A DNA stretch of 64,000 nucleotides from Malacoraja senta (GCA_038087875.1 JAXLNO010000625.1:1-64000); one strand, 5' to 3'. Shown: positions 1 through 12,355, numbered from the stretch's first letter. A program made the numbers and translations. Notes: a model not told the origin generated them from the letters alone.

Positions 1-875
1 TGAAGTATGTGTATTTAATCCAAAAGAGTCTACCTGTGGGTCAGCTGAACATAGAAGCCGACATGTGCCCCAAAGCATGATTGTTGAATGTAAAGGAAAG
101 GTGTCATCCAGGGCACTAGGGGCAATGGAGGACCACGCATCAAAGGCAAAATTGACACTCGGGCATCGTGTGGCCATTTTGTGTTGGTGGTAGGTAGCCA
201 ACATATGCAAGTGAGGAGCAACAGATATTGTTACCCCTCTGTGATACCCCAACCCCTGCCCCATCAACAATGCCTTTCACTCCATTGCAGCAAATTTGTA
301 ACGGTCACGGAGGCATGCACACAATTATTTGCTGTGTAACGTTAATAACACACGCCGGGACCTGTTTGTGGAGTTAGTGGTTGGGTTCTAGACCGGAGGG
401 GTTCTGCAGTGTAAATATTGAGTAGTGGGCTCTATTTTGTGATTGGGATGGGGTTGTATTAGATGGGATACACAGAAGGGCTTAACTGAGCGGAGTCACA
501 TTTGGAGGAGTGCTATTTAAATCAGGTTGCACTGGGAATGAACAATGACAGGCATTGCTCAGAACAAAACAGGCTTATTGCCCTGTGCAGTGCTATTCAA
601 CTTATGTCAGATGCCCAAGAGTGATCCGTCACTGAAAATATCCAGCTGAATTTCTTTGGCATTACAACACAGACCCAAACGGATTGTAGTTGCATTCCAT
701 TCTGGAATTTTTTTTTTTTAATGCATGGTTCTGACCCAATCAAAACCCCCAAATTGCTGGATGAACTCAGTGGAGGGAGTGGAGAGGTGCCATTTTGGGT
801 CAGGACCCATTCTTTAGACCCTCAGATCATAGTTAAACAGTTGGAGAACAGCAGGAATCATAACGGGAGCAGTAA

Positions 876-1473
876 AGGGCCTGTCCCACGGGCATGTGAC
901 TCCATGCGGCAAGTGCGCCCTAACCACAAGCGGGGGCCGTGCGGGGGCCGCGCGGAGGTCGCGGGGCCGGTCCCACTTCGATCGCCGGAGCCGTATGGAG
1001 TTGTGCGGAGCTGGTCCCGACATCTGTACTGACACTGTTCAAATATTCTGTGCGGCAACGGCCTTCCGCCCCGCAGCTGCATCGAGGCCATGCGGGCCGC
1101 ATCGACGGCCGTGCGCACCGCCTCAACGCCGGATGCAGCCGCCTCGAGGCCCTGCGCATCCGCCTCAACGCCGGACGCAGCCGCATCGAGGCCGTGAGCA
1201 CTGCCTCAACGCCGGACGCAGCCGCATCGAGGCCGTGCGAACCGCCTCAATCGCCGTGCGCACCGCCTCGCCGCCATACGCGCCGTCTTGACGTCACTCG
1301 ACCTCCGCGCGGCCCCCGCTTCCGATTTGGTAGCGCTTGCCGCATGCAGCCGCATGCTGGTGGGACCGGCCCTGTACGGGGATCACTCGACCTCCGCGCG
1401 GCTCCCACGCGGCCCCCGCTTGCGGTTAGGTCGCGCTTGCCGTATGGAGTCGCATGCCCGTGGGACAGGCCCT
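876..1473. mobile_element. PIF/Harbinger-type MITE (non-autonomous DNA transposon)
   Basis: Long TIRs AGGGCCTGTCCCACGGGCATG.../...CATGCCCGTGGGACAGGCCCT flanked by TAA on both sides (873-875, 1474-1476). GC-rich internal tandem repeats (CCGCCTCAACGCCGGACGCAGCCGCATCGAGGCC). Confidence 0.9.
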
Positions 1474-1526
1474 TAAGAGAGGGTCTCACAGAGTAGGAGA
1501 ACTTCCTCCAAGTAGCCATAGTGTTA

Positions 1527-1765
1527 TAGATAGAGTCATAGAGTGATACAGTGTGGAAACAGGCCCTTCAGCCCAACCTGCCCACACCGGCCAACATGTC
1601 CCAGCTACACTAGTCCCACCTGCCTGCGCTTGGTCCATATCCCACCAAACCTGTCCTATCCATGTTCCTGTATAACTGATTCTTAAATGATGGGATAGTC
1701 CCAGCCTCAACTACCTCCTCTGGCAGCTTGTTCCATACACCCACCACCGTTTGTGTGAAAATAAA
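1527..1765 (-). mobile_element. CR1 LINE 3' end fragment
   Basis: Minus strand reads ...FTQTVVGVWNKLPEEVVEAGTIPSFK (CR1 ORF2 C-terminus), then the typical 3' UTR and a short-repeat tail. Confidence 0.85.
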
Positions 1766-1774
1766 TGATAATAC

Positions 1775-1846
1775 CTCCCCGGCAGGGAATTGAACCCCAT
1801 GCTCCCGTGTGACAGGCGGGGACACTAACCACTATACTACTGAGAA
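1775..1846 (-). pseudogene. tRNA-Asp(GTC)-like sequence, probably a pseudogene or SINE head
   Basis: Reverse complement TTCTCAGTAGTATAGTGGTTAGTGTCCCCGCCTGTCACACGGGAGCATGGGGTTCAATTCCCTGCCGGGGAG (72 nt) is colinear with vertebrate tRNA-Asp-GTC. A and B boxes are present; the acceptor stem has a mismatch. Confidence 0.8.
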
Positions 1847-1878
1847 CTTTGAGAAAACTTGGCAGTAAAGCAGTAAAA

Positions 1879-2085
1879 TGGAAATAGACACAAAAAGCTG
1901 GAGTAATTCAACGCGACAGGCAGCATCTCTGGAGAGAAGGAATGGATGACGTTTCTGGTCGAGACCCTTCTTCAGACCGAAACGACCAATTCCTTCTCTC
2001 CATAGATGCTGTATGCCCCACTGAGTTACTCCAGCTTTTTGTGTCTATCTTCGGTTTTAACCAGCATCTGCAGTTCTTTCTTACA
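1879..2085. mobile_element. Fold-back Penelope-associated short repeat with hammerhead-like core
   Basis: Inverted arms about 1884-1950 and 1980-2048. 8-bp duplication CAGTAAAA at 1871-1878 and 2086-2093. Minus strand has CTGAAGAAGGGTCTCGACCAGAAACGTC. Confidence 0.75.
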
Positions 2086-2405
2086 CAGTAAAACAGAGAG
2101 ATTCAAGGAACTGCAGATGCTGGAATCTTGAACAAAACACAAAGTGCTGGAGGCACTCGGGCAGGCAGCATCTACAGAGGGAATGAACAGGCATTGTTTG
2201 CGATAGAAATATTACTTTGTGCCTGCATTTATAGGCCACTGTATTACAGGCAGACACAACAACGACCTAGGAATTAATGTTCAATCCTTGGGTCTCACCA
2301 AGTAGCCTTGTGCAAGGTCACCACACTCCCAAAAATTCACAGACTCCCTTAATTCCCCCAGTCATGCCGTATTGACCTTTCTTCTTCTTGTGCCCTTGGT
2401 TATAT

Positions 2406-2850
2406 TAATAATAATAATAATAATAATAACTATTTATATAGCACTTTTCATACAATTGAATGCAACCAAAAGCGCTTTCCACAAAAAAAAAACAGGCCTA
2501 CACAAAAATACATTTTTTTTAAACAGTGAGGACATAGGTAGTTAATAGCATAAGAAGCACAGATTTATATAAACATATAAAATATAAAATTGAGAGTGTA
2601 AAAGGACAAAGGAAGTAAAGCCAGTTAAAAGCTTGATTAAAAAGATAAGTTTTTAGCTGCCTTTTAAAAATGTCAACTGAGTGGGCATCTCTCATAGCCC
2701 TGGGTAGGGTATTCCACAGCTTGGGGGCGTCATTGAAAAAGGCTGCTTCACCAATTTTCCTATTGCTGCAGCATTGAGTGGCTAACAGGCCGGCATCAGA
2801 AGACCTGAGCGTTCGAGTAGAGGCATAGGGAAGGAGGGACTCTGTAAAGA
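2406..2850 (-). mobile_element. L2-type LINE 3' fragment with (TTA)n tail
   Basis: (TAA)n at 2406-2429 followed by TATTTATATAGCACTTTTC, the reverse complement of a typical L2 3' end, plus an ORF remnant (APKLWNTLP on -). Confidence 0.65.
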
Positions 2851-2961
2851 TTCCAAAGGTTGTGGATTTTTGCTGCCAAGGTTCAGTTCTCCCTCTTGCC
2901 AGTTACACAGTTAGTCTGGGTGTGTGCTGGGCAGTTCCATGAATTTACTTAATGAGGCTTG

Positions 2962-3275
2962 ATCTTTAGTTTAGAAATACAGCATGGAAACAGTGGCTTT
3001 CGGCCCACCGAGTCTACCCTGACCGTCGATCACCCATTCATAATATTTCTGTTATACCACTATCTTATCACTAGGGGCAATTTACAGAGGGCAAACAATC
3101 TACAAACCCACATGACTTTGGGATGTGGGAGGAAACTGACCTGGAGGAAACCCATGCAGTCACAGGGAGAATGTCCAAATTTTGCACAAACAATACTTGA
3201 GGTCAGGATTGAACCTAATGTAGGTGTCTGGCACTGTGAGGCAGAAGTTCTACCAGCTGTGCCACTGTGCCACCA
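2962..3275 (-). mobile_element. HE1-like V-SINE (tRNA-derived, CR1-type tail)
   Basis: tRNA-like head, V-domain (…TTTCCTCCCACATCCCAAAG…) and CTAAA-repeat tail on the minus strand. Confidence 0.8.
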
Positions 3276-3327
3276 TATGTTGCTTGTAAGCAGGAATGGA
3301 TACATTATCTCTTCCCCAACAGGATGA

Positions 3328-3886
3328 AAGGGCTGTCCCACTGCGGCGACCAAATCCACGAGTTCTGGCGAGTTTGCCCTCATACTCACAGCATGGTCGA
3401 CACATGGTCCTAGGAGGTCTTCATAACTCTTCTTCATTCTCGAGAGTAGTCACCGCGTACTCGAGGCCTCAGCTAGGTCGCGGCGTATTTTTCAACATGT
3501 TTTCAACGAGTAAAAAAAGGTAGCCATGGAAAAAATCAATACTTTTTTTACTCGTAGGTTTAGTCGAAGTAGGTCGTAGTAGGTCAGCATGCTATTCATA
3601 GGTAATCGAGGGTAGTCGAAGGTAATCAAAGGTAGTCAAAGGTAGTCGTAGACATAGTCGAAGGGAGGTCGAAGGGAGGTCGAAGGAGATCGAAGGAGGT
3701 CTTCTTCACTCCACTATTCGGTGTCCAAGTTTCCCGAAGCTAGTCGAAGCTAGTCTTCAAAATAGTCGAAGGAGGTCGAAGGAGGTCTTCTACATAGTCG
3801 AAGGAGGTCTTCAACAGGACATTTTTTCAAACTCTCCTAAAGTCTTCTAAACTTGCCAATTAGGTCGCCGCAGTGGGACAGCCCCT
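3328..3886. mobile_element. PIF/Harbinger-type MITE, second family
   Basis: TIRs AAGGGCTGTCCCACTGCGGCGACC / GGTCGCCGCAGTGGGACAGCCCCT, flanked by TGA (left) and TAA (right). Internal GTCGAAGG-type repeats. Confidence 0.85.
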
Positions 3887-4514
3887 TAATATCTCCCTCA
3901 AGCCCATCAGCCAGGAAGATCTAGGTTCTTCAGCAGTTCATCATTGGCAATTCAAATAATAGTAATAATAACGTTAAACTTATCATACAACCAAAGATGT
4001 CTCTGCAAAAGTCAATTTGCAGAATTGGCAATCCAACATCAGAAGTCTTTTGCAGGACAACATCCCAAAACATTAAGGCTCCGATCATGCTCACCTACCT
4101 ACCTCTGCTAGGTGCCCCCCACCCATCACTTGCTCGACACAAGGCCCTCAAAGCAAGCAGTCTACTCAGATCTCTGGCACATTACAAACATCTCCAGTGG
4201 AACAGAGAAAATGGATTCACAAAACCTCCTTGAGAAATGGAACTTTCTCACCAACGCATGAAAAACCCTGCCCAGGTTTGTTGAAAATGGCGCAGGAACA
4301 TCTGATAAGGCAATGAGCACATCAAACCTCTCTACTGGGAGCTCACATGGGCCACAAACAAACAGCGGAATAAGCGTGGAAAACCTCTGCAACACCTGTA
4401 ATTCTGCGTCTTCCCTTCTCACCCAAACATTCCTACCTAGTGAAGCAGCAGCTAACACATTTCTTCCAACACAGAGTGCTACTTTCAGTGCTCACTATAT
4501 TCCATTCTTTACAG

Positions 4515-4680
4515 TGAAGAACAAACGCAGAATCAGCATCCACTTTGCAGAACACCTCCACCCAGTCTGCGTGGATGAGTCCGAGCTTCCAGTCCCTTAT
4601 TATTTTAATGCTCTGTGCTTGCCCTTTGTCTTTGGCCTCCTGCCTTATCCCAATAGGGCCCAACGTAAGATCATTTTCGG
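4515..4680 (+). mobile_element. Old Penelope-like GIY-YIG fragment
   Basis: Translation NKRRISIHFAEHLHPV resembles the TKRxLxxRFxEH segment of the PLE endonuclease. Confidence 0.5.
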
Positions 4681-4764
4681 CTGTGAAGATATTAGTAGTG
4701 CTGCAATGCAGCTCAGGTACCTGAGTTCCATCTGACCACAGGTGTCACCTGTCTGTAGTTTGCA

Positions 4765-4895
4765 CATACAGGTGGCAGAGGTTATGGGGAGAAGGCAGGA
4801 GAATGGGGTGAGGAGGGAGAGATAGATCAGCCATGATTGAATGGCAGTGTAGACTTGAAGGACCTAATTCTATTCCTATTCCTTATGACCTTATA
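4765..4895 (+). mobile_element. CR1 3' UTR fragment
   Basis: GGTTATGGGGAGAAGGCAGGAGAATGGGG...GATCAGCCATGATTGAATGGC, shared with many CR1 copies in the window. Confidence 0.75.
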
Positions 4896-5427
4896 ACCAT
4901 GTGGATTTCTTAGGGTTGTGATCTTGGTTTCCTCCACATCATAGTGCCATGAGCTACTGTAAATGACCTTTCTAGGTAAGTGGCAGAAGAGACTCAAAAG
5001 GGAGTGGATGCACGTGAGAGGTAAGGGGAAGGGCATGGGACTGTTGGGCTTGCTCTGCTGCGAGCAGGCATGTTATGATGAGCCAAATCGTCTCCTGTGT
5101 TTAATAAGTTGCAGCTCTCAGGACAAGATTTCCAGATGTTCTATTTGTGTTAAAATGGTTGGATTTTGATGCAAGATCACTCACAGGTAACATTAGCTTA
5201 GCTTGACTATCTTCATAAATGCTCCCTGATCTGGTGAATATTTTATGTTGTTCCAGATTTCTGGCAATTGCTGTGTTTTGTATTTCACATTTCCCACATG
5301 TTGCTGGTTCTTTTCTCCAGCTGCCCTTATTTCATTTCCTTTATTTTACCTCCCCATTGGCCATGATACCTAAATCAAATGTGTCACCTGAACAACTACA
5401 GTCTCCATGCTGTCATAGATCTCCCCT

Positions 5428-5740
5428 TTAGTTTAGTTTAGTTTAGTTTAGAGATACAGCGCGGAAACAGGCCCTTCGGCCCACCGGGTCCGTGCCGACC
5501 AGCGATCTCTGCAAATTATCACTATCCTACACACACCAGGGACAATTTTATACTTTGACCAAGCCAATCAACCTGCAAACCTATACATCTTTGGAGTGTG
5601 GGAGGAAACCAAAGATCTCGGAGAAAACCCATGTGGTCACGGGGAGAACGTACAAATTCCATACAGACAGCACATGTAGTCGGGATCGAACCCGGGTCTC
5701 TGGCGCTGTAAGGCACCGCTGTAAGCAACTGTGCTGCCGC
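5428..5740 (-). mobile_element. HE1-like V-SINE
   Basis: (TTTAG)n tail, GGAAACAGGCCCTTCGGCCC, V-domain and tRNA-like head. Confidence 0.85.
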
Positions 5741-5853
5741 TACGTTCTCCTCAACCCTCCCTTCCCTGCAATTTAAAACTCAATCGTTTTTTGGTTTTCT
5801 CTTTGTGGATGGAAGTTCCCTTGACCTGAAAAGCAGCTGTTTCTCTCTTCATA

Positions 5854-6167
5854 AGGGTGGCACAGTGGTGCAGTGGTAGAGCTGCTGCCTCACAGCACCA
5901 GAGTCCTGGGTCAGATCCTTACCTCGCATGCAATCTGAGTGGAGTTTGCAAGTTCTTCCTGTGACCGCAAGAGATTCCTCCCGTATCCCAAAGACGTGCG
6001 GGTTTGTAGGCTAATTGGCCCGAGTAAAAAACAAAATGTTCCTAATGTGTAGGAAGTGGATGAGAAAGTGGGATAACACAGAATCTATGTGCACGGATGG
6101 TTCACAACAGCAAGCAAGATGGCATGGACTCAGTGGGCTGAAGGGACTTTCCACGTTGTTTCTTTAA
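5854..6167 (+). mobile_element. HE1-like V-SINE
   Basis: GGTGGCACAGTGGTGCAGTGGTAGAGCTGCTGCCTCACAGC head, V-domain and CR1-like tail. Head-to-head with the previous copy. Confidence 0.8.
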
Positions 6168-7579
6168 AAATGAATCTAAGATGCTGTATGACCTACTCAG
6201 TATTGTCAATAGCTTCTGGTTTTATTTGGAATAAAAACAGTCACTGCACACCTCTCAAAGAAAGTAATTTATTATTTTTGCAATTGCTCTTGTTGGAATA
6301 AGGCAGCTCCATAACTCGTATCTTGCTTCATCTCGCCAAGTGTTTTCAGTTTAACTTCAAGATGGAGCTGTACCCATGAGACCATATTCAAGGGAAAACC
6401 TTTTCAAGCCAGTTTGTAGCCAAATACTTTTGAATCATTAACAACATTTGACTATGACTGCAAAAGTTAATTTCAAATGGAATAATGATGCAAAATTAGT
6501 GTAAACATTGGGAAAATAAAGCACAAAAAAACTTTGATCTGTGACTTTAATGATCTCTTTGTCTCCCAGACTGGAATCACGTGAAGACTGTAAATCACAT
6601 CAATACTGTACACTCACACCAGTTTTTACTCCTCTAAGTGGCTGCTGTGCAAATAATGGCAACAGCAAACTGACAATCGCCTTTAACTGTAATGGTGGGC
6701 TTAGCAATAAGAAAAATAAACTTTTATTACCTTAGGTGAACTGATCAATGGAGTGGTCTAAACATCCCACAAATGTTCAGCAAATACATTTTCAAGCCAT
6801 CTACTGCATTGATTTTTTTTAAAATATTTGATTGTGTGTTTTTTGTTTTTCATTTCAATAGTGGTCACTGCAATTAATATATCATTTCTATTGTTTAATT
6901 TACCTGCAGGTTCACAAATAGCATCAAGAATAACAAAACAACACACCAACAGTAGATGTAGGATGATTTAATTCTCAGGACATGGAATCCAGACCCATTT
7001 CTTTGTATTGCAGTATTTCTTTCCAGTGGTGTGTCTCTATCCGTGAACCTCTTCACTCTTTAAAAGTTATCACATGGATATCATGGTTCCTTAACATCCG
7101 ATTTATATGTGTAGCTGATTCACTTTTTACTCCCTTTTACCTCGGACATTTGAGCCTCTCTCTCCAAGACCAAATGGTTTTTCAAGCCCCATAAATGCTT
7201 CCTTCATCGTAAGCATTTCTCTAATGAATATATAAAGCTTAGACTCCCTTAAAAATAGCCCATGACTTGGCAGAGTTTGTTAAGCTATTATACTTAAGTT
7301 GTGACCTCCACAAATTAAATCAGTTGTTAACAGAGGTTAAGTGCCTCATTTCCTGATGTTATTAAACTGTTCAGTTTGCATAATTCCACCTGACATTCAA
7401 ATGAATGGCAATGTCCTATCAGCGACAAAAAAAATGCATTAGTAAATGCAATTGATTGAAAATTATTGTTTGACTGCCAAGCACACAAAATTATCCACTT
7501 TTCCTAATTAACTAAATGAAAGATGCCTGAATTAAATATACCTGTATTGATGCTAAAGTGAGTATGTCAAGGGCACAGG

Positions 7580-7581
<2 letters not shown>

Positions 7582-7614
<33 letters not shown>
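7582..7614. repeat. (TA)n microsatellite
   Basis: Direct observation. Confidence 0.95.
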
Positions 7615-7616
<2 letters not shown>

Positions 7617-7960
7617 TATATGTACATACTGAGACTAACAACATAAGTACATTTTCAATCAAATTTTCTTAAACTGCTGTCCTGTCCCCAAATTGCTCGT
7701 TCTCCCAATTATTTGTTTTGAATGTGTTTTTGCAAACCAACTATGTTTCCATCTCTTAGATCATTTCCCAGCTTATTTCTTAACTGATATTCACCAAGAG
7801 CTCTGTTTTTGATGGGATTTGTAGTGCCCAGCCACAGGCTCATGTCTTTCCTGATCATCTACATTGCTGTCACTAAGATTAACCACTCTATTTTTGTCCA
7901 ATATATTTATAACTTCAGTGTTTGTGTTTATTATTTTTGGTTCCAACACACTGATTTCAA

Positions 7961-9320
7961 TAGAAATAGACAATAGACAATAGGTGCAGGAGTAGGCTAT
8001 TCGGCCCTTCGAGCCAGCACCGCCATTCAATGTGATCATGGCTGATCATCCCCAATCAGTACCCCGTTCCTGCCTTCTCCCCATATCCCCTGACTCCGCT
8101 ATTTTTAAGAGCCCTATCCAGCTCTCACTTGAAAGCATCCAGAGAACCTGCCTCCACTGCCCTCTGAGACAGAGAATTCCACAGACTCACAACCCTCTGT
8201 GAGAAAAAGTGTTTCTTCGTCTCCGTTCTAAATGGCTTACTCCTTATTCTTAAACTGTGGCCCCTGGTTCTGGACTCCCCCAACATCGGGAACATGTTTC
8301 CTGCCTCTAGCATGTCCCATCCCTTAACAAAGGTTCAAAGGTTCAAAGGTTCTTTGTTAGTCACAATCACCAATTGGTGTAGTGAAATGCGAATTGCCAT
8401 TGCAGCACATAAAAAAGAAAACAACATAACAATAATAAAGAAATTTAACATAAAAAACATCCCCCCACAATGGTTCCCATTATGAGGGAAGGCACAAAGT
8501 CCAGTCCCCATCCCCATGTCCACCCATAGTCGGGCCTTTTTTGGCCTCCGCAGTCGCCTTTACGGAAGCCCGATGTTCCAGGCCGTTCTCGCCGGATGAT
8601 GGTGCTCCGGCGTCGGGAGAATCCTCACAGCGGCTTGGGAAACCTGGAACGGCCACTTCCTTACCGGAGACCGCGGCTTCCGAAGACAACAGGCCGCGCT
8701 GGATGGAGCTCCACCACTGGCAATCTTGGCGAGAGATCCCAGGCTCCCGATGTAAAGTTCAGCGCCGCCACCACAGACCCGCAGCTCCGCGATGTTCATC
8801 GGCAGTCTTCAGCTCACCGGAGTTCCAGCGCGGAGACCCGTGCAAGGCATCGCCCACTCCGCTCTGCGATAGCGCTCCAGCGCTGTGCCGCCGCCAAAGC
8901 CGAGATTCTGGGCGGTCCCCTGAGGAAACGCCGCTCCAGGCCCGCTGGTAGGCCGCGAGGACGGGTCGAAGGTACAGCCTGGAGAAAAGCCACCTCTCCG
9001 ACCAGGTAGGGACCCTGAAAAGCAGTTCCCCCCTCCACCCCCACATAAAAAAGACTAGAACTCCGAAAAACAAAAACTCAACTAAATAAAAATTTAAAAA
9101 AGAGATGAAAAAACGGGCAGCTGCAGGCTGGGTAGCCATGCCCATACAGGACGGCGCCCCTCTAGTAACAGCGCCCCCATAACAATCTTATATGTTTCAA
9201 TGAAATTCCCTCTCATCCTTCTAAACGCCAGAGTGTACAAGCCTAGCTGCTCCATTCTCTCAGCATATGACAGTCCCGCCATCCTGGGAATAAACCTATG
9301 CTGCACTCCCTCAATAGCCA
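7961..9320 (-). mobile_element. CR1 LINE 3' fragment interrupted by an 845-bp insertion
   Basis: ORF pieces ...FFSQRVVSLWNSL... (8125-8313) and ...RRMRGNFIETYKI (9094-9321) join across 8331-9175. CTATTGT-repeat tail. Confidence 0.85.
8331..9175 (-). mobile_element. CpG-rich non-coding retro-element with Rex1-like 3' end
   Basis: Flanked by CCCTTAACAA (8321-8330) and CCCATAACAA (9176-9185). (TTTGAACC)n tail on -. No recognisable protein. Confidence 0.7.
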
Positions 9321-9470
9321 CTCTGTGGACAGTATTGCTGGATACGTACTTAATGGATATTTGTCTATGGGTTACTTTTCACTATGCTGTATATCTAGTC
9401 TTTGTTTAAATTAATGCAGGTCAACATACACTCTTACAAAACTGTGCCATGATTCAACTTCACATCTTAA

Positions 9471-10555
9471 AGTCATAGAGTCATACATCATGGAAGCAGG
9501 TCCTTCGACCCAACTTGCCGACACATCCCAACATACCCAATCTAGTCTGACCAACACATGCTTGGCCCAAAACCCTCTAAACCTATGCTACTTAAGTGCC
9601 TATCCAAATGTCTTTTAAATGTTATGTTAGTACCTGCTTCAACTGCCTCCTCCGGCAGCTCATTCCATATACCCACCACCCTTCGTATTATAAAGTTACC
9701 CCTCGGGTTCTTATTAAATCTTTCCCCCCCTCACAACAAACCTATGTCCTCTGGTTCTTGATTCCCTTGCTCTGGGTAAAATACTGTTCATTTACCCCAT
9801 CTATTCCTTTCATGATCTTATACACTTCTATAAGATCACCCCTCATCCTCCTGCGCTCCAAGGAATAAAGTCCTAGCCTGCTCAACCTCTTCCTGTCGCT
9901 CAGGCTCTCGAGTCCTGGCACCATCCTCATAAATCTCCTCTGCACCCTTTCCAGCTTGGCAACATCTTTCCTATAACATGGTGACCAAATCTGAACACAA
10001 TACTCTAAATCTGACCTCACCAATGTTTTATAAAACTGAAACATGACCTCCCAACTTCTATACTCAATTCTCTGAGCCTGTTTGATCGCCCTATCTACTT
10101 GTGATGTCACTTTCAAGGAACTATTTACCTGGACTCCTAGATCCCTCTGCTCTACAACACTCCCCAGAGGCCTTGCATTTATTGTGTAGATCCTGCCCTT
10201 GTTAGACTTCTCAAAATGCAACTCCTCACATTTCTCTCTGTTAAATTCCATCAACCATTCCTCAGCCCACCTGCCCATTCGATCAAGATCCTGCTGCAAT
10301 TTTTCACAACCATCTTCACTATCTACAATCCCACCCATTTTAGTGTCATCTGCAAACTTGCTAATCATGTCACGTACATTCTCACCCAAATCATTGATAT
10401 AGATGACAAATAGCAATGAGCTCAGCACCAAATACTGAGGCACACCACTGGTCTCTAGTCTGAAAAGTAACCTTTCACCATCACGCTCTGCTTCCTTCCA
10501 TGAAGCCAATTTTCTACCCACTCAGCTATCTCGCCTTGGATCCCATGCGATCTAA
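9471..10555 (-). mobile_element. CR1 LINE, 5'-truncated, reverse transcriptase C-terminal remnant
   Basis: ORF 9742-10521: GVPQ...LFVIYINDL...ISKFADDTK...LEYCVQIWSP...RRRMRGDLIEVYKIMKG. Confidence 0.92.
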
Positions 10556-10719
10556 CTCTCTCCTCTTGGATACTATGCAATCAAATCTTTAGCAGCTTAA
10601 ACTTGAAAGCAATTTCTGTGCATGCTAATTCTCTCTCCAAATATCTCAGTACAGGTCAGCATTGACTTCCTCAGAATAAGGAAGTTGATCATGTCTCCAG
10701 TTACTCTTAAGATGATGCC

Positions 10720-11065
10720 CTGCAGAAAGCATCCGAAGAGGATGCATTGCAACTTGGTTTGGCAGCTGCTCTGTTCAAGACCGCAAGAAATTCCAGCGAG
10801 TTATGGATGCAGCCAGTCCATCATGCAAACGGACCTCTCATAGGCTATGGGTGTAGGCCCAATCTCCCATCCAACCTTGTTGCACTTTTTTATCTGCACT
10901 TTCTCTGTAGCTGTGACACCATATTCTGCACTCTGTTTTTCTCTTTGCCTCACCTGTTGTACTTGTGTATGACATGATTGTATCCAATGATTCAATGGGA
11001 TAGCATGCAAAAACAAAGTTTTCATTGTATCATGTGACAATAATAAACCAATGCCAATGCCATAA
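10720..11065 (+). mobile_element. Rex1/Babar-type LINE 3' remnant
   Basis: Translation GCIATWFGSCSVQDRKKFQRVMDA and 3' UTR ending ATGTGACAATAATAAACC. Confidence 0.65.
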
Positions 11066-11159
11066 TCAATACAATTTCTTTCAGTTCCTGCCAGTGTTTC
11101 CAAGCCATTCACTTCATTGATTTGTCGACCTTCCTGATCTGACTAGGCAAAAAGTTAAT

Positions 11160-11560
11160 GTTCATAAGTGATAGGAGCAGAATCAGGCCATTCGGCCCAT
11201 CAAGTCTACTCCGCCATTCAATCATGCCTGATCTATCTTTCCTTCTCAACCCCATTCTCCTGCCTTCACCCCATAATCCCAGACACCCTTACTAGTCAAG
11301 GATCTATCAATCTCCGCCTTAAAATTATCCATTGACTTTGCCTCCAGAGCCTTCTGTGGCAAAGAATTTCACAGATTCACCACCCTCTAACTAGAGTACT
11401 CCTCCTCATCTCCTTTCTAAAGGTACGTCCATTTATTCTGAAGCTACGGCCACTGGTCCTAGACTTCCACTAATGGAAACATCCTCTCCACATCCACTCT
11501 ATCCAGGCCTTTCACTTTTCGGTAAGTTTCAATGAGGTGTCCCCTCATTCTTCTGAACTC
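11160..11560 (-). mobile_element. CR1 3' fragment
   Basis: Colinear with the other CR1 3' ends (15075-15815, 35137-35595). Confidence 0.8.
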
Positions 11561-12062
11561 AAAATGTAACCTAAGTATTCAATGCATCTCAAACTCGAAT
11601 GATCAAATGTGTATTTGTTACAGTTTTGGAACAAAACTGTCCAACCATCACCCAAAGCACTTTCTCTCATACATGTCTTTCGTTGCTAGAGAAATTTTAG
11701 TTCATAGTTCAGGGATTAATTCTGTGATTGAGGGTTGTTAATCCAAAACTCTGTTAACAAATGACAACATGTCAAGGACCTAAGAGCTAGAAAGGTGGTG
11801 AAAGAACTGTTCTCTTGGGATGAATGAAAGGCTTGAACAGGCTTTTGATTTTAAAATTCTGGAGGGAAACGTTAACGACATTAGCTAGCACTAAGTCAGG
11901 AGCAGTGATTTCGGGTCAGGAATTGAGGGAAGAATCTGCTGAGAGTAGGTGTCGGGACTTATGGAGGAGATGAGTTTTGAACGTTAAGGAGGGAGATGAA
12001 TGGAAAATGTAGAGTAAGGGGGTTGTATATAAAGTAAATTTATTGTTGCATTTCTGCTTAAT

Positions 12063-12355
12063 TAGTTTAACTTAGAGATACAGCGCGGAAACAGGCCCTT
12101 TGGCCCATTGAGTCCGCACCGGCCAGAGATTCCCGCACATTAACACTATCCTACACACATTTATACCAAGCCAATTAACCTACAAACCTGTGTGTCTTTG
12201 GAATGTGGGAGGAAAGCAAAGATCTCGGAGAAAACCCGTGCAGTCATGGCGAGAACGTTCAAACTGCGCACAGACAACACGTAGTCAGGATCGAACCCAC
12301 GTCTCTGGCGCTAAAACGCTGTAAGGCAGCAACTCTAATGCTGCGCCACCATGCT
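12063..12355 (-). mobile_element. HE1-like V-SINE
   Basis: Same head, V-domain and tail as the other copies. Confidence 0.85.

Noticed and set aside
721..1519. Cluster of overlapping GC-rich ORFs
   Set aside because: They lie mostly within a TIR/TSD-bounded MITE. High GC explains the scarcity of stops and there are no protein motifs.
1775..1846. Functional tRNA-Asp gene
   Set aside because: Acceptor-stem mismatch, several deviations from the conserved vertebrate sequence and fusion to a CR1 tail. Reported as a pseudogene instead.
8480..9145. Overlapping ORFs of 70-137 aa
   Set aside because: They are inside the CpG-rich retro-element, open on both strands, with no domain similarity I can recognise.
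9742..10521. 259-aa reverse transcriptase ORF as a functional gene
   Set aside because: It is a 5'-truncated CR1 ORF2 with internal deletions and a frameshifted C-terminus.
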